From positions 310,001-374,000 of the forward strand of contig NC_043026.1 of the NCBI RefSeq assembly GCF_006345805.1: a DNA stretch of 64,000 nucleotides. The letters are read 5' to 3'. Origin of the DNA: Octopus sinensis (Eukaryota). The position numbers and the translations under genes were made by a program. Numbering within the stretch: the first letter of the stretch is position 1; each line of letters begins with the position of its first letter. Under the pieces are notes generated by a model. That model searched no databases. It was given only the letters and a program-made list of their open reading frames with translations, and had not been told where the DNA came from. Shown in pieces: positions 54,857 through 64,000 of the stretch.

Positions 54857-56108
54857 ATTATAATTATTATTATTGTTGTTATTGTTGTTGTTGTTGTTGT
54901 TATTCTTATTATATGAAATCTCACAACTTATTTTGCTGGTTATGATGGAACGTGTCAGCTGTCCACAGCTTAGCAGACTAAGGTGACGCTTATTTACTGG
55001 CCATGCTTCAAGAACTCTGCAAAGAATTCTTACAGTTCCAAGCAATGCTTATTATTTGAAGGTGTTCCACCTTCACACGTGCACCAATCTTTTTTAACCG
55101 TGCTGATAGCTAGGTGCCGATACCTCTATCATCATTATTATTACTATTGTTGTTATAATTATTATTTCAGATAGCAAATGGATCAAAGTATATGCCATAT
55201 CAAAGGGAGCTGGTTCGAAAGTCTATAATTCATTCCTGAATATAGGACTTCCTTCAACCTGGAATGTGGACTAATGCAATGGTACCTTTTGTCCTAACTT
55301 CTTCCGACATCCTTTCCTAAATTTCTGGAACAATCTTCCAATTGATGAGGTATGTATGTTTATGCATGCACAAACGCGCGAGTGCGCAACACATCATTGT
55401 CTTCATAATCGTTATAATGATTAACCGGCTTTTAGATCAATTCAATTATGTTTGGAATATATTTGATTTCTAGAATTTATTTATTAGGTTGACGAAGTAG
55501 TGTTGTAAAGAATATTTTTTTCCTTTTTTTTCCCATTTACTACCCACAAGGGGCTAAACACAGGGGGGACAAACAAGGACAGACAAACGGATTAAGTCGA
55601 TTACGTTGACCCCGGTGCATAACTGGTACTTAATTTACTGACCCCGAAAGGATGAAAGGCAAAGTCGACCTCGGCGAAATTTGAACTCGGAACGTAACCA
55701 CAGACGAAATACGTATTTCTTTATTACCCACAAGGGGCTAAACACCGAGAGGACAAACAAGGAACGACATAGGTATTAAGTCGATTACATCGACCCCAGT
55801 GCGTAACTGGTACTTAATTTATCGACCCCGAAAGGATGAAAGGCAAAGACGACCTCGGCGGAATTTGAACTCACAACGTAACGCAGACGAAATACCGCTA
55901 AGCATTTCTCCCGGCGTGCTAACGTTTCTGCCAGCTCGCCGTTGTAAAGAATCTTATCTGCGGCAAACCGCAGTAATAAGAATATTTATCATGAACGAAA
56001 GACTCTCCCTTGTTGGAGAGATTGAAAAAGATAGATAGATAGATAGATAGACAGATAGATAGATAGATAGATAGACAGATAGATAGATAGATAAATAGAC
56101 AGACAGAC

Positions 56109-56178
<70 letters not shown>

Positions 56179-59100
56179 GTAGATATGGTTTTAGTATTTT
56201 GTTATTCTTTATGTGAATTCGTGTGTTAAAGCACAGTTTATTGTATCTGGGGAGAGTCATTCTCTTTTTAGTGCCTTATTAGTTAACACACGCACCGGTT
56301 CGATTTCCACTCCTTTACTTATTTTTTCTAAAATTTTCGTTACGTCTTTCAAAAGTCATTGAGCCTGTCCGTTATCAGGGCTGCGTTCCTTCTGCTTGTT
56401 TGTGCGCATGTGCGTGCGTTAGTGTGCATGTGTATACATATACGTATGTATATCTGCATACATGTATGTATGTGTGTATGCATATATGTGTATGCATATA
56501 TATATACATATATGTGTGTGTATGCATGTGTGTACGTTTGTATTTATGTATGTATGTATGTATGTATGTATGTATGTATGTATGTCAGGTCACTTTCGAG
56601 TGCTACTGGTAACATGTAACCCATTACAACCTGTTGCATAGTCGGGCCGTCTGCGACTAAACCGGCAACCCCACCAAGCTTGCTTTGTGAGGAGGGTGTT
56701 TATTGGACACCCTGCCGCATGAAAAACAAAACCCGTGAAAGGGCGGAGGAACTCTTGAGAGTCAATGGTCATCCAATAACTGTATTAAGGATGTATCATG
56801 CGTGGGGACATAGAAATAATCGGACTGAATACCCGATCACGCGGTTAAAACATTGGGAGTGAAGGACTTCTAGCCCTTGTTAGGGCATCCTTCTAGGAGA
56901 AGGTAGCTCAGGTAACTGGGATAACTCCGATGTCATACTGTATTGAAGGTTAAGTGATATATACCAGATAGTATCATGGTAGCATATGAGTGAAGTGTAA
57001 TTAATTATATTATATGATTCATTTAGAGATAGCAAGATACGCCAAATCAGCAAATACAATCATTCATCAACAGATGCTTGCGTAGTATACTTAAAATTAT
57101 ATGACCCGAACACATAAGCAATATGGAGCTATGGCAAAGAACAAATCAAGTTTCGATTAGGGAGTAAATATTTAAGAAAAAGTAGAAGTGGATTCGTAGC
57201 ACAATTATAAAAGACACACCAAATATAGCGAAAAGTGCTTTACAGTGTAATCCGGCTGGATATAGAAAGTATGGTAGTCCTAAGAACTCATGGCGTAGAT
57301 CAACAGAAGGAACTAGAGAAAGGGGGACATTCATAGAAGAGTATAAGTACAGAAGTGAAAAATTATGCGACATGGAATTCAACTCTAAGTGGCCTATACT
57401 CCGCGTTGGAGGGTTAAAGGCAGGAAAAAAAAACATACGTATGGAGCGAGTGACCAATCAAAGTCATTAAATACGCATGTTAAACAGATTAATTTCGGTC
57501 AAGAGAATTACGAAGTAAAAATGAGAGTGGACATTAAGCTAACAGTGAAGGAAATACATATTTATTTACCTCGATCTATTTAACTTGATCCATTTCTTTT
57601 TATTATGTGTGTATGTGCGTGCGTGTGTGGTTGTAAGCGTATGTGGTTGTATGTGTGTGCTACATGCTCATTTATTTTACAGGTGAAACTGGTGATTTAT
57701 AAAAACAAAACAGATGTGGTAACTATAATATTTGATGGACGAAATACAAACCTTCAAAGCTGGTTCTCTCACGAAAAGTTGAAAAATTCACCGTGGAACG
57801 ACCTAGCTTCAGCCACTGGAGTTCAATTCTCAATTGAGGGATTTAGGTATGCAAATATATATTTCATCTTCTTTTATTTTGTTATGTAGAGACCTATATT
57901 GTTAAAAAATGTCACTTTACGTACGCTATAGATAAATTTTAACACTATACATTTTGACGCGACACTTTCTGGTGATGAACAACGCATCTCCAGGCTTTCA
58001 ACATTATATCTTCATTTATTATAATATACAGAATGCAAATTTGAACTAATACTGCTTCCGTCTGTAATAATGAAATATATTCTGCCTCTTGACTAACAGC
58101 AACGCTAGTGATTTGTTAATCACTGTTTTTCTATACCGAGGCTAAATAGGTCTGCGCATGCGGATGTCAATGACTACTTCATATTGAAGTTTTGAAAGAA
58201 ACAGGAATACGTACAGCGGGAAGACCGAAAATGTCTTGAAAGTCATAACATGCCGGCCGGATATAATATCACTAGGTGAGACGAGCTGACACTGAATCAG
58301 CTTGGCTGACTGACAGGTGACGGTCGTTTAGAGAATGCGCGGGCTAAAACTACGCGCTTTCACTACTCAGTTAAGGTGAGACAGTGTCATGTGACAACTT
58401 GCTGCGGCTGCCTGCTGGAGTCTCGTGGCAGGTATTTAAAGGGAGAATTTTGACAAGTCTGTCGGTCACCGGCTGACACGCGCTGACGATAAATCGAAGA
58501 GGCCCGGGAACAGAAGAAAGAAGACATGCACACAACACCAGAGCTGAAAACATCCCCGAAAGGGCTAGGGGCATCCCCCCACGTCAAAACGGTAGAGGAG
58601 TAGGGGCCGAAACCGGACGTGGTTCCTCCTGATGATGTCTTGAGCTAATGGATCCTACATAGGAGGTGTTGTGGTATCAGACCAAGAAACACGGTTGTAA
58701 TTCCTCCTAGCAATTCCACCGCCGCTGGAAAAGGTTATTTCTCTATTGCTAATATATTTCCGTATTTTTAACAACACACTTTTAAATTAAATGTTTTCCC
58801 GTGACAAACAGCTCAGTTTCCTGGATTTCACATCAAGAAGCATGTTTCAAAGTGGGAAACACGAAAATATATTTTCACCTTAATGTGCTCATTTACTTGT
58901 TTCAGTCATTTGACTGTGGCCATGCTGGAGCACTGCCTTTAGTCGAGCAAATCGACCCCAGGGCTTATTTTTTGTAAGCGTAGTACTAATTCGATCGGTG
59001 TCTTTTGCCGAACCGCTAGGTTACCGTTGTCAAGGCATGTTGGGGCGACAAACACAGACACACACAGACAGACAGACAGACACACACACACACACACACA

Positions 59101-60345
59101 AATACACACACACAAATATTCTCATACACACACATACATACACACACGCACACACACATATATACATATATACGACGGGCTTTTTTCAGTTTCCCTCTAC
59201 GAAATCCACTCACAAGGCTTTGGTCGGCCCGAGGCTATAGTAGAAGACACTTGCCCAAGGTGCTACACAGTAGGACTGAACCCGGAAGGATGTTGTTGGT
59301 AAGCAAGCTAATTACCACACAGCCACTTTACCATAATTATATATATTTGTATGTGTTGGGTTTAGATATTTTTATGTTCCGTTATATTATTTCTTTTGAC
59401 TAGAATTCATTTTATATTTATTTAGCGCTTTGATAAGGTGTTTAATACAGGAAAATGTTATCACTCGTATATTTGTGGCCGTTTGTGGATTTATTTATTT
59501 TTGTACCAAAGTGTATGCCTCGTCTGTAATTTCGCCTTTGTTGGTGTATTGACATTTGCGCATTTCTGCGTGTTTGTGTGAGCATGTGTGTGTGTATGTG
59601 TGTGTATGTGTGTGTGTGTGCGTACGTGTGTGTGTGTGCGTGTTTCAGTGCATATGTGTGTTTTTATGTGTGTGAGTGTTTAAACGCACATCTTTGTGTG
59701 TATACACATTTAGTATGATACACAGATGGCTATTTTTAATTAAGCACTGACTAATTCAATTGCGTATAGCGGACATACTAGTCTATTTAATACATGTTTA
59801 GATTTTCATATTCTGAAACCCAAACAAGTTTTTTTTTCTTTTTCTCCTTAGACATGTACGTCGCTTCTATATAACATTACATGGTTTTTGTGAAGGGGAC
59901 AGAGGCTGGTTGACCATCAATGAGGGACCACTTCACTGTCAGTTCGAAGAGTCAGATCACTACCCTTCAATTCGTTATTCTGATACAAAATCGAAAGTCA
60001 TATGGAACAACGGTAAGTGATATTGTATATTCTGCGTGTGTGTGTGTGTGTGTGTGTGCGTGTGTGTGTGTGTGTGTGCGTGTGTCTTACTGTGAGTAGT
60101 AGTACTAAAAGTAAATTTTGTACTTATTGTTTAGCTGCCAATCAGGCTTGATTGAGCTGATTTATGAATAAAAGGATTCTGACCGAGAATCGACTGCTAT
60201 TTCTAGTAATTCGAGTGACCACGTATAAAGCCCTCCCACGATATATTTGAATGTCTTTTGTTGTTGATGTTGTTATTTGTTACTTGCAGGTTATGCATTA
60301 GCAGACTCCATGGCCATATTCATCCGCCTGAGGCAGCAGAACTAA
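54171..60345 (+). pseudogene. Gene copy E: exons 54171-54465, 55171-55349, 57683-57846, 59852-60012, 60290-60345; premature stop in exon 2
   Basis: In-frame TAA at 55272-55274, the same lesion as copy C; splice sites otherwise intact. Confidence 0.82.
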
Positions 60346-61628
60346 CCCAGCACTTGATATCCATTGATACTATTGATGTTGTTAACGTCCATCCAATCCA
60401 GTTGACCACCACTGGTGATCCACATAAGTCACGTTTTACCTTTTAATAAAGAATCCATACAAATATTCTATCCAACATCGGTCTTTGAAGTTGTGATTCT
60501 CTTTCTCTCATTCCAGCTGTTGTTGTTGTTCACATTCACCCAATCCAGCTGACCACCACTGGTGATGCACACAAGTCACGTTTTACCTGTTAATAAAGAA
60601 TCCATATAAATATTGTATCCAACATCGGTCTTTTGAGTTGTGATTCTTTTTCTCTCTTTCTGAGAGCTGTTGTTGTTGTTCCAGTTCACGACTGTCCTGA
60701 CTATATGTAAAAGAGATGTGTGTGTATGTGTGCGTGCCAAAGTGCACGTATATACGTGCATGCGCGCCCATGCGTACGTGCATGCGTTGTGCGTGTGTGT
60801 AGATATCTGCGGTTTTATCTCTGTGATGTTGGGGAAAGCTGGCAGAAACGTTAGCACGCCGAGCGAAATGCTTAGCAGTATTTCGTCTGCCGCTACGTTC
60901 TGAGTTCAAATTCCGCAGAGGTCGACTTTACCTTTCATCCTTTCGGGGTCGATTAAATAAGTATCAATTACGCACTGGGGTCGATATAATCGACTTTGTC
61001 GATATAATCCGTTTGTCTGTCCTTGTTTGTCTCCTCTGTGTTTAGCCCAGGTATTTCGTCTGCTGCTACGTGCTGGGTTCATATTCCGCCGAGGCCCACT
61101 TTGCCTTTCATCCTTTCAGGGTCGATAAATTAAGTACCAGTTACGCACTGGGGTCGATATGATCGACTTAAACCGTTTGTCTGTCCTTGTTTGTCCCCTC
61201 TGTGTTTATCCCCTTGTGGGTAATAAAAAAATAGATATGTCGTCTGCGCTACTTTCTGAGTTCAAATTCCGCTGAGGTCGACTTTACCTTTCATCCGTTC
61301 GGGGTCGATTAAATAAGTATCAATTACGCACTGGGGTCGATATAACCGACTTAATCCGTTTGTATGTCCTTGTTTGTCCCTTCTGTGTTTAACCACTTGT
61401 GGGTAGTAAAGAAAGAGGATGTGGGGGAAAGCTTTCAGCAGATCAAATAGATCAGAACAATGATATAAAGGAAAGTGAAAAAATATCCGGCGTTTCGCCG
61501 AAACAGTCTTTCGGTTGGTCGCTCTAGCTTCATCAGTGGCGTGTTAAAGTGTGGTACGCTTCTGATTTCGTGACCGACGTTTCACTTTGATCTCTCTCCA
61601 GTTTCCATTCTCGTGTTACAGAACAAAC

Positions 61629-62375
61629 GTGGCAGCTCACCTGGAAGTGTGCACCAAGGGAAAATATGGATCAGTTAAACTGCTTCTCTAATCTGAATAT
61701 GTGTCAGGGGCTGCAATTCTTCGCAGGCTTTCAATACAATTAAGGAACAGCGCTCTACTGCGTAGAAGTATTTACGAGAAGAGCGAGAAGTTTTAAATGG
61801 CCGGACAAGCGTGAAATACGAGCAGTGATAAGGACACCCATTAACCGTCACCGGTGACGTGGAGATTTAACAATTTACAGAAATGCTTCTGGCGAACCAA
61901 CGATTGCCCATTAATGAGATGGCTTATTCTCTGCAAATTATTATCGTTCTGCATCCGCGACAAGCTTCGGTTCTGCAGAGTTAGTGCGAGAAGGGCGCCA
62001 AGAGAGCTTTTCGATGTGAATAAACGCAATCGTGTGAATCTTTGTCAATTCTAACTCGAAAGCTTCAGCGATGAAACTAAAGTTGTTTTGAGGGAGCGTA
62101 GACACGATTGATGAAATCGGGGCCCATAACTTTGAGCCAGAATCCAAAAGGTTTAGTATGAAGCGGAAACGACACGAATCACCAGTGGAAACGAAATTCA
62201 AGATTCAACCTTCGGCAGAAAAACGTGATGGTAAGCGTTTTGGGGATGCAAAAGGGTCTATATTGCAACATTGTCCCTTAGAAATGTTGGTTAACAAAGG
62301 GAAACCAGCAATTCGTAACAAACGCCGATGTCTATTATTGTAAGACAAATCACGCCCATATTCAGCCACCCACAC
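61629..62375 (+). mobile_element. Mariner fragment (unit copy)
   Basis: Homologous to 38219-38981. Confidence 0.8.
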
Positions 62376-62444
<69 letters not shown>

Positions 62445-63591
62445 GAGATAGATAGATTGATAAAGCAATAGATTGATAGATAGTTAGATTACCTTATAAT
62501 AAAGCACCGTTAATTCCTAAGATACATGTAAAAACATGCAGAGTGAAACTGGTGTGAACTGTTCGTGTTATGCTTCGATGTCTGTAACTGTTTGCGTGTT
62601 TATTTGTAATGAAATGAAGAAAATTATCTATTAACACATCAACTATCAATGGTTGAAATTAAGAGTGTACACAGGTCAGGACTAGGTTCTTGTTCCATCA
62701 TCCACGGTGATTGATTTCAATGATTTCCTATAATGAAAGTCTTCGGTATAGCGACCTCAATTGTTCTGCTTTTATATCTCCACTCACAGAAATACCAACA
62801 TCACATCACGCTATCACCAGGTATTAAAACTACAACGTCACTATCACAAACACCGCAACAGCCTTACTGCTAACATCGGAACGACGTCAGTAACCACACA
62901 GCCGTATTTTCTGCGATCTTAGTGAAACGCATGTCTCTATTGAAGGCCCTTTTATTCTTCATAGCAATCAAAGGAGACATATTGGAAAATCTGGTTTATT
63001 TTCACTTCTGTGGAGAAACAGTCATATTAGTAAACAGTCTTGAACTGAGTTGATGGTTCTGTCTTTTGCTCATTTATGGACAGTCTATACGGTTTGATTA
63101 TTTATGGACTGGCCTAAGTCTGTAAGTAATACTGATCAGAGAAATTAGGAGAGAAAGCAGTGGCCAGTACTGACAGTTACGAAGTGTTCAGACATCTGAA
63201 GACACAACTGTGGGTAATAGAGGGTAATATTGACGGTAGAAGACAGTAAGGGAAACAGTGAAAAAGTTGTGACATTCACGAACCATCCTAACAAGAAGTC
63301 CTTACAGAACCACCTGAAGTGTGCGCTCTCCGCCCTACCTCACTGAAAGTAAGTGTGCTTTCTATCACATTGCATTTTGTGTGTTCGGGTACGTGTTATG
63401 GCTAAGATATGTTGCAGTTAATATTAGAGTGTGTGTGTGTGTGACAACAGTTGAAATAAGGATGATTCTGCGTGCAAACGCCAATCTTGCGCTCTTCCAA
63501 TGTTTGTATCGAGTAAACGCTCTCTCTCTCTCTCTCTCTCTCTTTCACACACACACACACACTGTTTCCCTCCCCTTCTTCTCTCTCACAG

Positions 63592-63654
<63 letters not shown>

Positions 63655-63682
63655 CGTATGTGTGTATATATATATATATATT

Positions 63683-63716
<34 letters not shown>

Positions 63717-64000
63717 TGTATGTATGTATGTATGTATGTATGTACTTACATACATAAAGACAGACACCAAATATAGCGAAAAGTGCTTTACAGTGTAATC
63801 CGGATAGGTATAGAAAGAAAGGTAGGCCTAAGATCTCATGGCGTAGATCAACACAGAAGGAACTAGAGAAAGGGGGACATTCATAGAAGAGTATAAGTAC
63901 AGAAGTGAAAAATTATGCGACATGGAATTCAACTCTAAGTGGCCTATACTCCGCGTTGGAGGGTTAAAGGCAGGAAAAAAAACATACGTATGGAGCGAGT

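Larger units (their letters stand above)
36546..64000 (+). repeat. Plus-strand tandem units (orphan exons 4-5, D, E, start of a 5'-deleted copy)
   Basis: Same module order repeats with a period of ~10.8 kb (46889 to 57683; 49027 to 59852). Confidence 0.9.

Noticed and set aside
2-63776. Many low-complexity ORFs ([16 protein letters not shown], poly-N/I/T)
   Set aside because: They are translations of (TATC)n, (CA)n, (CATA)n and (AAT)n microsatellites, with no coding signal.

Overview
Eukaryotic, microsatellite- and SINE-rich genomic DNA, most likely from an octopod cephalopod. That assignment rests on my recollection of octopus SINE sequences and is not verified. Almost the whole window is an array of a ~10.5 kb repeat unit. 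Each unit carries a 5-exon gene that the ORF track misses because it is spliced. The gene encodes a 284-aa secreted protein: signal peptide, a degenerate PAN/apple-like segment, and a ~185-aa C-terminal domain I cannot name. There are five full-span copies: A, B and C on the minus strand inside a 32.4 kb inverted block (4127-36545), and D and E on the plus strand. A sixth, broken copy is split by the inverted block. Only B and D are intact; A has lost a splice donor, and C and E share a premature stop. The copies are near-identical except for a hypervariable, almost purely non-synonymous patch in exon 4, and they are sequence mosaics of one another. Mobile elements: a 1.6 kb ORF1-only (gag-knuckle) retroelement with a 17 bp TSD whose 3' tail resembles the local SINE tail; a 5'-truncated R4/Dong-type LINE in an (AAT)n tract; RTE and mariner fossils duplicated with each unit; and two tRNA-type SINE families. 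The last ~570 bp of the window repeats the first ~540 bp, suggesting a ~63.5 kb higher-order repeat. All alignments and counts were done by eye.
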